Source: Octopus vulgaris (taxonomy: Eukaryota). Taken from it: a stretch of DNA of 64,000 nucleotides. A program made the position numbers and the translations under genes. The stretch is taken from NCBI GenBank assembly GCA_951406725.2, contig OX597827.1, positions 35,402,001 to 35,466,000 on the forward strand. Reading direction: 5' to 3'. Positions within the stretch are counted from its first letter, which is position 1, and each line of letters starts with the position of its first letter. Below, in pieces: positions 41,322 through 52,695 of this stretch. The notes under the pieces were generated by a model, which was not told the origin of the DNA, ran no database searches, and saw nothing but the letters and a program-made list of their open reading frames with translations.

Positions 41322-41920
41322 TCAGTAATAATAAGTAATAAGTAATTACTTAAACTTTCCTCGAATGGGGCTTTTACATGCTGAAATCTACTTGGTGAAA
41401 TTAATGATTATTCCAAATTAATTAATTTCACCCTATATTATTACTGATAACCATATTTCATCCCAGTAAATGACCACAACATCTTGTCCTGGCAGCACGC
41501 TGGTGGGAGGGGGTTGGTGACACAAACTTTCATTCACACTTTGAATTTGGTGATACTGGTAACGGCTTTAGCTCGCTCTGATACCATGAGTTGAGGCGAT
41601 GTCTTCTAGTACCTCCAAATTTAATATACAATTATTCATAATTGTAGCGTCCTACGCTGATGAGAAAAATAGTTGGGTAAGACATAATTATCTAATTCTT
41701 ATGCTTTCCTAAAACTTAATTTCGAAACGTACGTCCGTAGGTGACTTAATATTGTATGATTGTCGTCATCTCTTTCTCTCTTGCCTGCGTTTGCCTTCTA
41801 AGTGCTGTGGTTTTACTGAGATCTCCCTTTTAGTAGAATGAATAGCTATAACTCGTTGACTGCTATTTCTAAACTCGGTGTGTGGTGAGGCAAATCGTTG
41901 CTAAACCCTTAATTACTTAG
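41318..41920 (+). mobile_element. Non-coding cassette of about 600 bp between (TA)n tracts, carrying a hammerhead (PLE pLTR or non-autonomous derivative)
   Basis: (TA)n on both sides; the first 16 nt are an inverted copy of 41435-41450; intact HHR inside. Confidence 0.65.
41651..41741 (+). ncRNA. Type-I hammerhead ribozyme, canonical core, extended helix II
   Basis: cctacg CTGATGA gaaa[about 52 nt hairpin]tttc GAAA cgtacg TC cgtagg: 6-bp helix I, GUC triplet, palindromic helix III. Confidence 0.85.
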
Positions 41921-41956
<36 letters not shown>

Positions 41957-42265
41957 TATTTTGTGTGTATGTATGCGTCTGTTAAAGTACGTGTTAATGA
42001 GCGTTTTCACGTACAATCATACATTTTTATCTTGACTACTGTCAAAGTTTTCCTTGTGAAAATAAATTGTGTATGTATGTAGCATGTTTGAATACGTTTA
42101 CGTAAACAAAGGCGTTAATGCAAATGAAAATCATAAATAAATCCGTACATACATATATTATACTCCCAAACAGCCATATATATGGATATAATTTTACATT
42201 TTTCATACACTCAGTTTTGTATGTAAGGAAAAATAAATATCTCCTCCCTCTCTCTCACATTCACA

Positions 42266-42296
<31 letters not shown>

Positions 42297-42756
42297 TGTA
42301 TGTATGTATGTATGTATGTATGTATGCATGTATGTATGTATGTATGTATATATGTATGTATGTATGTACGTACGTATGTATGTATGTATGTATGTATGTA
42401 TGTATGTATGTATGTATGTATGTATGTATGTATGTATGTATGTATGAATGTAGGTGTTGTGTTCGTGTGCGATTCTGCGTATATGTATAGTATTCATGCG
42501 CCTTCGGCTGTGTCTATCTCTGCAATTACTGCTCTTATCGCCAAGATAAGATGTGTATGTTCCTCTCTCTCTCTCCTATCTCTCTCTCTCTCTCTCTCTC
42601 TCTCATTCTCTCTCTGTTTGTGTGTGTATGTGTGTATAAATATATTTACACACACACATACGCACGCACGCACACATACACACACACACGCACATATATA
42701 TATATAGACATATATACACACACATATATACACACACACATATACATAAGTATATC

Positions 42757-42790
<34 letters not shown>

Positions 42791-42935
42791 GTGAATATAC
42801 ACACATACATATATGTGCATAAACACACACACACATACACATATATATACATCGTATATGTACCATAAATCTGTTAAGTAAGTCAAAAAATGATTCATTG
42901 TATCGTACAGCTTCCTCTTTTCCCCCTCTTTCGCT

Positions 42936-42970
<35 letters not shown>

Positions 42971-43091
42971 CCTCTCTCGCACTTCTCTCTCTTTCTCTAA
43001 CAACTCATATAGTACTTCTATTATATAGTCTCTAATTATAAGAAATATGACTGTTAAACTCTCCTTTACAAACACATTTATTTGGGACATG

Positions 43092-43155
<64 letters not shown>

Positions 43156-43407
43156 GCGCGCGCGCTGATATCGAACATTGAGAATGAGAGCTCAACACGC
43201 ATTGGTGGGTAAATATAATTAATTTTTGAGTTAACAAAGCAATCGTTGCTTTCATGCTGCGAATTTCCACTATTACCAAACCTGTCACGTGTGACGTTGG
43301 CACTCGTCTTCAAGATGGAGACGGCTAACAACGTCCCATGTGGCAGACTTGATAATTACTGAGCGTTCTCGGCACGAGTCCAATGAATGTTCAATTTATT
43401 ATATGCA

Positions 43408-43440
<33 letters not shown>

Positions 43441-43444
43441 GTAT

Positions 43445-43610
43445 GAGTGGCTGTGTGGTAAGTAGCTTGCTTACCAACCACATAGTTCCGGGTTCAGTCC
43501 CACTGCGTGGCACCTTGGGCAAGTGTCTTCTACTATAGCCTCGGGCCGACTACAGCCTTGTGAGTGTATTTGGTAGACGAAAACTGAAAGAAACCCTTCG
43601 TATATATATG

Positions 43611-43641
<31 letters not shown>

Positions 43642-43689
43642 TTGTGTGTCTGCGTTGTCCCCCTCCCCAACATCGCTTGACAACCGATG

Positions 43690-43690
<1 letters not shown>
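43445..43690 (+). mobile_element. SINE B, 3' half cut off at the (TA)n that holds the PLE
   Basis: Consensus head through acaaccgatgc, then (TA)n. Confidence 0.88.
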
Positions 43691-43736
<46 letters not shown>

Positions 43737-43905
43737 AAAATAGTAAAGAGTGAAAAAACGACAGAAGGCTTAAATGTTAAAAAATATATATATTTGCGTC
43801 AAAATGTCTGGAGAATATTGGAAAAAAATTTTTTCGTTTCCTTAAAATGACATAATTTTATACTTTTTAAAGAAATACCGGTTTCGCAGAAGGATATGCA
43901 CAATA

Positions 43906-44706
43906 GTGTCAGAACAAAATACCAGGAACTTCAGACTGCAAGAACTCAAAAACACCTTAATTGACAGACATTACCCAACTCAACTCATAGAGGATGGGAT
44001 CAGACGTGCAACAGAAATCAACATAGAAACTTTAAGAAAAGTTCAACACAACAACACACCTTCCCCGAAAATACTACCTTACATATCTACATACAACCCC
44101 AGAAACAAAGAAGCTTTCACCATCATCACCCAGAATTTACCAATACTCCATAAAAACCCCAAATTAAAGGAAATTCTAAACATACACCAAATCATTAAAA
44201 GCTACAAACAACCTAAATCACTTAAAAAGATTCTCACAAAGGCAAAATTGTCTTCTAAAATTACGGATGCAAAAGTAAAAAAATGTGGTAGATCGAACTG
44301 TGCAACATGTCCTAACCTATTGGAAGGATCAGAATTCTTCTTTAAAGAGGGACAGAGATTCAAGATCAAATCTAACTTTACTTGTGCCTCTGAAAACATA
44401 ATTTATGTCATTAAATGCTCGGGCTGCCACCAAGACTACGTGGGGTCCACGGGACTATCACTCAGACGTAGATGCACACTGCATCGACAACAGATTGCAT
44501 TCCCAGAATATAGAATGATACCTTTTAGTGAGCACATTGAGAAATGCGCAAAGCAACTACAACCACAATTTTTAATCTTTCCATTTTACCAATGTGCTTT
44601 CGGATCATCATCACAAATTAGACTAAATAAGGAAACATTCTTCATTGAAAAGTACAAACCCAGACTCAACTATCCGAACTCAATAATACAGAGAAATTCA
44701 CACTAA
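43906..44706 (+). CDS. PLE ORF fragment: RT thumb end, Cys-rich linker and GIY-YIG endonuclease (5'-truncated, no stops)
   Basis: LIDRHYPTQLI; CGRSNCATC; NIIYVIKCSGCHQDYVGST; R..H..H; KE.FFI..LN. Confidence 0.9.
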   Translation: MSEQNTRNFRLQELKNTLIDRHYPTQLIEDGIRRATEINIETLRKVQHNNTPSPKILPYISTYNPRNKEAFTIITQNLPILHKNPKLKEILNIHQIIKSYKQPKSLKKILTKAKLSSKITDAKVKKCGRSNCATCPNLLEGSEFFFKEGQRFKIKSNFTCASENIIYVIKCSGCHQDYVGSTGLSLRRRCTLHRQQIAFPEYRMIPFSEHIEKCAKQLQPQFLIFPFYQCAFGSSSQIRLNKETFFIEKYKPRLNYPNSIIQRNSH

Positions 44707-44834
44707 AGGAAAAAACATTTTTTAAGCGATTATCTCCCTTACACCGGAAGAAATCACTCACTACTTTCCCTTATTTAGAACTCTCCGTAGTAAAAATACA
44801 AGGATTACGTTATTAAAAATAAACATTAAGTCAC

Positions 44835-44873
44835 AAGAAATTTGAAGAGCGAACTGCGAAACCGGTATTTCTT
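44835..44873 (+). ncRNA. Minimal type-I hammerhead in the PLE 3' region
   Basis: aagaaa t TTGAAGA gc-gaact-gc GAAA ccgg TA tttctt; U3.G8 wobble, ACCGGT palindrome, one extra U before the core. Confidence 0.65.
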
Positions 44874-45069
44874 TAAAAAGTATAAAATTATGACATTTTA
44901 AGGAAAGGAAAAAAATTTTTCCAATATTCTCCAGACATTTTGACGCAAATATATATATTTTTTAACATTTAAGCCTTCTGTCGTTTTTTCACTCTTTTTA
45001 CTATTTTCTTATATATTCACGTGCTTATTTTCTTATATATTCACGTGCTTTACCAAACAAACTTTCTTA

Positions 45070-45128
<59 letters not shown>

Positions 45129-45744
45129 GTATATCGTTTTTGTTTATTTTGTACTACAAATACATAGTGCTCGATATAACATTGTGTTTAGAAGTGTGTT
45201 GATTCTGTTTTGTGTTGTATGTGTCAGGTAAATTGAGATCACGTTCTCTGGTTACAGTTTCGCTCAATCAGCCTCTCGTTTAATTTTGTACGTCAGTCGA
45301 TTGGAAAGTAATTACTATTAAAAGGTGTAATCAATGTAAATTCCAAAGAGACTTCCTTTTCGAGTGATAATATGAACACTAAAGTTAAGTATCATTTATT
45401 ATGCATCAGACGTTTCTTCTGTGGAATTTCCGAGAAAGTATTTTGACATGTACTGGCGACAGGAAATTATTTCAGCTAGAATGGCTGATGATGCCAACTT
45501 TTTCTGTAAAATTGACATCATAGAACATCAATTCGTTGTTAAATGTTCCTATTTTATCGGATGTTTCTTTTACTGGAGTTGAATTTCTTCAATTTCTTTT
45601 AATATAGAAGATATATGAATGAGTTGCGGTAATTCTGTCTATATCTTTTCAAACAATCGCATTAAGTTATTTGCTACTACAGAGCTCAAAGTGTATATTT
45701 TGTGTGAGACATTAGAAGTGTATATCGGTGTCTGTATGTGGATA

Positions 45745-46020
45745 TATACTTAGTTCCCAGATACATCTCACAGATAATCTGGAATGCATCCTTGATGAAG
45801 CTTCCGGGAGCCTATGTAGAGGGGGTCGGATCTTTCAACATCAGACCCCTTCACGTATTTGATCCAGCTGGGATTGATCAATTCCCAGATTTCATCCCAG
45901 CAGCAGTAAACTGTCGGTCTACTCTCTTTATCCAAAGTCACCTAGTAGCCTTCTCTTTAACTTCAATAGTAGAATCTGAGGCCCTCATCTTTGCTACACT
46001 AGTAACCTTAAGCCCAATCA
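45745..46020 (-). mobile_element. 3' end of a HERO-like RLE non-LTR retrotransposon
   Basis: Minus strand KEKATR*LWIKR resembles the AE.AS.WLW..R C-terminus; 3' UTR ggggtctgatgttgaaagatccga resembles HERO-type tails as I recall them. Confidence 0.5.
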
Positions 46021-46049
46021 TGAATACATACATACAGACAGATAGACAG

Positions 46050-47330
46050 TCTGTGAGTAAAGCTAAAGTGACAAAAGAATACTTCAGCAGACTTCGAAAG
46101 TCAGAGCTGCCATTATTATTATTGAATTAAACTATATCCCATAATACTTTCGCAATGATAGTGCTAGTACCAACATTTGGGATACTTGACTGGTTATTTG
46201 AAGAAATCCGCGACTTAGACATCAGAACTAGGGAAATACTAATATGACTGGTAACTTCTAGATCAACAATGATACTAACTGGGCGGGATGGAGGAAAATG
46301 TATAAGATCAACCCAAACAACCGTTGAGTGCCACATTGTGTCACTTAGACAACACGTAGTAAAAAGTAAGGAGAGAAATTAGTACATCACGAGTGTACTC
46401 AACAGTGAAGGAAATAACAACGCAAGACTAGGCGAAGAATTCCAATACAAGTATTGTTAGTGTACAGCTGAACTATGTAAGCCAAGTGCAGCTGTACTAA
46501 CCTACTTAAATACAGACTTGGAAGAGAAATACTCATCATACCAGCAGAAAGTTAGGCGTAGTTTAAAAATGCTAGAGAACGCCAGCGACTTTGACAGGTA
46601 TAGTAACCTTTCCTGCATCTCATCTTAAAAGCTATGCCTTTGCTATCCAAGAACGTGAGATACCACCTAGATACCTAAATAATAAAAGGGATACAGATGA
46701 CTCTAAACCCTCACGCTGTGATGTTAAGCGTGGATCATGCTATAACATTGTGGAAGATTCCACTCATATCTTCAGTTGCTATCCAAAAATGTTTCCAAGA
46801 TACCACCTTCCCTAGAGATACGACATAATCGTTAAGATAGTCTACAATGCTACACAGAGGAAGGATTGTCCTGGTGACCAACTCAAAGACACACCATAAC
46901 CAGAAAGTATCAACACCGCCAAACAATAAAGAATTATGGTGGAACATTCCAATAAATACAGCAACCCGATGTAAGTACAACAGGCTAGTTATAGTTGAAT
47001 AGGACAGGGAACAAAAGTTGCGCACCGTTCTAGAGATCAATTGCTCGGTGAATGTGAATGTTTCTCCAAAAATTGAGGAAAAAAACATCTATGAAGGAAT
47101 GATGAGAAACCTACAACTCTTATATCCACGCTAAAAAATATTATTTGTTATTTTTTTCATAGCTGTAATGGGCTACGTTGTCAAAGATTTACATAGAATC
47201 CTATATATGCTTGGGTTCTCTAAAAAAAAGAACAGAACAGATTGATTTGTATTCTCTAGTTGCAATCTATTACAGGAGCAGTGTAAATTTATAAAGCGTT
47301 TCAGAGATTCTCCATTGGAGGTTCCTCATG
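46050..47330 (+). mobile_element. Old R4-like RLE LINE fragment related to the 4745 element
   Basis: KEYFSRLRK, PTFGILDW..DLDIRTREIL, YAFAIQEREI, LWWNIPINTATRCKYNR, MRNLQLLYP; starts after tacatacatacagacag. Confidence 0.75.
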
Positions 47331-48421
47331 AATAAATGCACATAATCATGTATACATATGGAATACATATGGATATAATTCATAAACAGTAATGAAACAC
47401 ACTTGTTTTCTTTTGTGACATGCACACCCACAAGTGCAAGTATATCCACAAGTACACACATAACATATACATCTACAAGTGCAGACAACCACAAACCCCA
47501 AGAGCCGTCGTGATTTAAACAAAAGAGCTGTGTCATTTTGTTAGTGACCGACTTGAATTTTGAAAAGCTACTAACTTAAAGTGCCTGTGTAGGTGTAGTA
47601 AGCGTGTATGTCTTGTGTGTTACGTTTATGTTTAGGAGTCTGTGTGCATATGTCTGTGTTTCTTACTGCTGCACGCAATCATCTCTTCTTACTCTCTTTT
47701 CAGTTTCTCTCCGTCAGTCATTTGACATTTTTCTCTGTATCTCTTCCTCTTCCACAATGATTTCTATCTTTCTTGTTTCTCTTCTTCCTCCTACTCCTAC
47801 TCCTACTCCTACTGTTATTACTACGAAAAATTTACGTAATAGTCTTAGTTTTGAAAAGCCGTTCCATCTCTAATACGTAGGCTATACTCAATGTCCTCAA
47901 TTTTGAATATTTGCCCTAAATATTTTATTGAGCACCTTTAACAAAGATTTGCCTTCTTTTGGACATATTTGTATACACATTAAGTTAAATAAACACGCAT
48001 ATGTGTATATGTTTGCAGTATGGAATGCGTTTCATTATTATCTTAATTTTATTTTCACAAATATGTTTAATCTCAGAATAGTTCAGATAATTATTTTTTT
48101 AAATTCACCTTCGAGCCATGGCTAACACCGCTTTTTCTCGGGACACATCAACAGCAGAAAGTACGAAGTGATTTTTTTGTTGAGTAGAATAAAAATCAGC
48201 AACTTCTAACTCAGGAATTGCGTGCACCTGTCGGAGAAGAACTGATGAGGAATGTTACAAGAATGTCAGATTTAGTGTAATTTCGACGGAAGATAATGAA
48301 TACATTAATTAATAAATATTTCTGTTGTATAATTAACAAAGCCCCCTCTACTAGATTCGTCAGCAATTTGTTGTTACTGCCATTACGCTTCCGACACGCA
48401 CGCACACACACGCACGCACGC

Positions 48422-48480
<59 letters not shown>

Positions 48481-48593
48481 TATGTGTATGTATAATATAC
48501 ACACAATACACTAGAATACATGTGTGTCTGTTAATGTATAAACAAATAAACAGATAATTATATATATATATATATCTAATATATATATATAAA

Positions 48594-48688
<95 letters not shown>

Positions 48689-49134
48689 GTATATTTGTAT
48701 GTATGTATGTATGTATATATGTATGTATGTATTTATGTATGTATTATGCATAGAGGTAGGAAAACAAGTATGTATGTCGGTAGGTAGATTGATGAGTGGG
48801 TACGAACGTACATATGAGATGCAATAATTCGTGTTAGCGGGCTGGTGTACACCCATTTCATGCGATGATAATACATAAATGCATACTTACTCGCAAACAC
48901 GCACATCTGTTCTTCATATAATTGCACATGTGTGCCTTTGTAAATCATATGTGTACTTTATGCAAAAATGCGTACATGATAAAAATATAACTTCCTCATT
49001 TCATCATAATTCGCGACTGTTCACTGCTTTAAATACAAAGAAATCTGCAATGGTTGGCAAAATGAAACTTTTGACATCGAGTCAAAAATTCTTTAGCGAA
49101 AATTGAAAGATTCGCAATCTTGCATAATAATGAT

Positions 49135-49193
49135 ACTACTACTACAACAACAACAACAACTACTACTACTACTACTACTACTAATAATAATAA

Positions 49194-49224
<31 letters not shown>

Positions 49225-49412
49225 AAGAAGAAGAAGAAGAAGAAGAAGAAGAAGAAGAAGAAGAAGAAGAAGAAGAAGAAGAAGAAGAAGAAGAAGAAGA
49301 AGAAGAAGAAGAAGAAGAAGAAGAAGAAGAAGAAGAAGAAGAAGAAGAAGAAGAAGAAGAAGAAGAAGAAGAAGAAGAAGAAGAAGAAGAAGAAGAAGAA
49401 GAAGAAGAAGAG
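49135..49412. repeat. Compound triplet tract ending in a pure (AAG) run of about 72 units
   Basis: (CTA)(CAA)(CTA)(TAA), then aag at 49195-49410. Confidence 0.97.
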
Positions 49413-50107
49413 AGTAGATCAGGCCCCAAAAAACTGCTCTGTTGTGGATAGCTAGGGTTTTGTTATTGGTACTTGGGTATTGAATGTCTTCCACGATAAT
49501 TAACGTCCAATTATCAAAGCTTATAATGTGCGGAAAGAGACCCTGTGAGACCTCACAATCAACCAGAGCAAACAAGACCGAGCGCTCTGAGAAGTAAAAC
49601 AATAATAATAAATAAATAAACAAATGCTACAAGTATACTAATTTATACGTTTACGTCACATATTTATAGTAATTTCTTTAATTATAAGCATAGATGATGT
49701 TCAGTGTGATATTGGACTGTACTAGAGAGGAATCGGGCGGTCTACATGCTACTGGTTGAGTAGTTAAAATTATTTATAGTTTTCATGTCATGTGATAGAA
49801 GGTAATAATACTGTTAGCGTGTCAAATAAAACGTTATCAAATAAATCTCTCAGTTGATAGCTAGATTCGGTGAAACTCATTTGGTGTAAACAGTAACACG
49901 ATCACCAGACAAATGATAGAAGCGTGGTGTGAGCGGGGTGCTGATATCTGTATTGTTTTTCTCCTTTGACTTGCATCTATAATTATCATATGTGTCTGTG
50001 TGCGCGCGTGTGTGTGTGAACGAACGTCATTTATTTCACATTACATAGAAGTAGATAGTGATTCAAATTATAATCTCGGAAGAAATGAATGAACACTAAA
50101 TTACATA

Positions 50108-50340
50108 ACTCTTTTCTCTTTACTCTTTTACTCTTTTACTTGTTTCAGTCATTTGACTGCGGCCATGCTGGAGCACCGCCTTTGGTCGAGCAAATCGACC
50201 CCAGGACTTATTCTTTGTAAGCCTAGTACTTATGCTATCGGTCTCTTTTGCCGAACCGCTAAGTTACGGGGACGTAAACACACCAGCATCGGTTGTCAAG
50301 CGATGTTGGGGTGACAAACACAGACACGCAAACATATACA
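50108..50340 (-). mobile_element. SINE B 3' half
   Basis: (ctctttta)n tail; catttgactgcggccatgctggagcaccgcc. Confidence 0.9.
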
Positions 50341-50380
50341 CACACATACATACATAAATATATATATATATATATATATA

Positions 50381-50686
50381 TCACGTGAGATCACGTGACC
50401 GACCAGACCATCAGATGTTGTTACACATCGCTGGTCACAATGCATTCGCATTGTTTTAGCCTTTGAATGACGCCACCCCGCTGGCTAAGCGAACAGGCCA
50501 ACAATAGAAAGAGTGGTGAAAGAGTGGTGAAAGAGTACAGCAGGGATCACCACCCCCTGCCGGAGCGTCGTGGAGCTTTTAGGTGTTTTCGCTCAATAAA
50601 CACTCACAACGCCCGGTCTGGGAATCGAAACTGCGATCTTACGACCACGAGTCCGCTGCCCTAACCACTAGGCCATTGCGCCTCCA
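50381..50686 (-). mobile_element. SINE C variant with a different 3' module
   Basis: Head and middle match the 29250 copy; tail cacgtgaccgaccagaccatcagatg.. differs. Confidence 0.8.
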
Positions 50687-50746
50687 TATATATATAGTGG
50701 TTAGGGCAGCAGACTCGTGGTCGTAAGATCGCGGTTTCGATTCCCA

Positions 50747-51169
50747 CCCCCAGCAGTTAAAAAATGTGCACGCCCAAACTGTGGCTCCTGCCTCTTCCTA
50801 CTTCAAGGCTCTGAATTTATCTTCAAACAAGGAACGAAGTTTAAAATCAAGACTAACTTCTCCTGTTCCTCCGAGAACCTTATCTACGTTCTCACATGCG
50901 CTGGTTGCCAACATAATTATGTTGGACAAACGAGTCTCCCGTTACGTAAACGAGTAACGGTGCATAAAGAACAAATAAATCTCCCGGAATACCGACAAAT
51001 CCCACTGAGTGACCACATAGACTCATGCGCTAAAGACAAAAATCCCAAATTCTACATATTCCCCTTCTACCAATGTAAAGACGGGATCACCACACAGGAG
51101 AGAATTAACAAGGAGAATCTCTTTATTGAAAAATTCAAAACGCAACTTAATACGCAAACTCCTCGTTGA
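50747..51169 (+). CDS. PLE linker + GIY-YIG endonuclease fragment
   Basis: KKCARPNCGSC; ENLIYVLTCAGCQHNYVGQT; clearly homologous to the 43906 ORF. The first 10 codons of the listed ORF are SINE-derived. Confidence 0.88.
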   Translation, partial: PPAVKKCARPNCGSCLFLLQGSEFIFKQGTKFKIKTNFSCSSENLIYVLTCAGCQHNYVGQTSLPLRKRVTVHKEQINLPEYRQIPLSDHIDSCAKDKNPKFYIFPFYQCKDGITTQERINKENLFIEKFKTQLNTQTPR

Positions 51170-51844
51170 TCATACTTCCTTTTTCTACCTCATTCTTCAT
51201 GGATGGACTAACACAAATATATAAGGATACCATGGATTCATCACTTCAAGCTAAAACTTATATTCTTTAAATATCATTATTATTATTGTTGTTGTTATTA
51301 CTATCATTTTTATTATACATGACATAACAATCTGAAATGTAATTATAAATTGGTTTATGCAAATTTATATAATTAGAAAATAATATAAATAAAGTGTTAA
51401 AATCTGAATGTTAAGTTAGCAGACAATTATATAAAAAAGATAATACAAATGAAGCTAAAATGATAATTTTATAATTTAAGGTCTATTAACACCCTTTATT
51501 ACAAAAAAATGATAAACACAAATTGAAGAGCTTAAAACCCATAGAGTTGTCTCCCCTTATTCACAACACAGGAACTGAAGAACTACTACTACTACTACTT
51601 CCTGTTTTACCAACACCCTTAATTAAACTAAACAACACATGGTTTTAATCCCATTGGATCCTAATACTTCAAGGTAATTTTTTCGTGAACAATCATTAAA
51701 CTCAAGATACACAAAGACTTTACAATGTATCGGAGTACTTATTTTTTTAATTTTTGTATATATTTATTATTATTTTTTTGCAAAAAACATTGTAATTTTC
51801 TTTTTTTCCCCTCCGCACTTTAAAAAAAATTTTTTTTCATTTAC

Positions 51845-51886
51845 AATTCTTGAAAAGTCACATTATGACGAAAACCGGTTTGAATT
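51845..51886 (+). ncRNA. Minimal type-I hammerhead, U3-A8 compensatory variant
   Basis: aattc TTGAAAA gtca-catta-tgac GAAA accggt TT gaatt: 5-bp helix I, 4-bp helix II, AAACCGGTTT palindrome. Confidence 0.75.
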
Positions 51887-52044
51887 AATATATATTTATA
51901 TATTTTATCAATTTTTCAAAAACTTTTTCCATACACCCATTTTCATTAAAATTTTCTTTCAATTTAGCATTCTGCCTTTTTACAATTTCTCCTTGCTTAT
52001 CATTTCTCCACGTGCGGTCAACACAGCCCCACCATTTATTGATC

Positions 52045-52079
<35 letters not shown>

Positions 52080-52082
<3 letters not shown>

Positions 52083-52243
52083 CGACGGGCTTCTTTCAGT
52101 TTCCGTCTACTAAATCCACTCACAAGGCTTTGGTCGGCCCGAGGCTATAGTAGAAGACACTTGCCCAAGGTGCCACGCAGTGGGACTGAACCCGGAACCA
52201 TGTGGTTGATAAGCAAGCTACTTACCACACAGCCACTCCTGCG
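52080..52243 (-). mobile_element. SINE B 5' half
   Basis: Near-consensus head ending ccacacagccactcctgcgc. Confidence 0.9.
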
Positions 52244-52543
52244 CTGTATGAAATATGAAATGAATGAATTTCGTTCACCGAAACATATGCACCATTGATT
52301 TAACCTCTTTTCCTCAATTAATATCATTGTTATTCACTTTGTGAAGATTAAAACATGCATATTTGATATAGATGCCTTGAAGTGGCAAAGAGCTCCTTTA
52401 ATAATTTGCCGAAGTATAACTAATCATCCTTTGGTTAATTAAAACGTGTAACCTTTACAACACTATTCGGATACTATGTTAGCCAGGCTCCTTTATGAAG
52501 TGCTATTAAGGTAATTGCCAAGATTTTACTTATGCCCTCAATT

Positions 52544-52695
<152 letters not shown>

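Larger units (their letters stand above)
43731..45071 (+). mobile_element. 5'-truncated Penelope-like element (Neptune-like) with inverted copy of its 3' region at the 5' end, in (TA)n
   Basis: 43731-43889 is the reverse complement of 44854-45013; GIY-YIG ORF; (TA)n flanks. Confidence 0.92.
50747..52044 (+). mobile_element. Second 5'-truncated Neptune-like PLE (GIY-YIG + long AT-rich 3' region) ending at (TA)n
   Basis: GIY-YIG ORF, HHR near the 3' end, terminal cacgtgc motif also seen in the 44-kb PLE. Confidence 0.88.

Noticed and set aside
43270-43320. Minus-strand TTGAAGA-hairpin motif (similar at 7190-7235 and 39530-39560)
   Set aside because: GAAA box or helix I missing; too degenerate to call
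45485-45525. CTGATGA motif as a hammerhead (also 6435, 48242, 27415)
   Set aside because: No properly placed GAAA with closing helices
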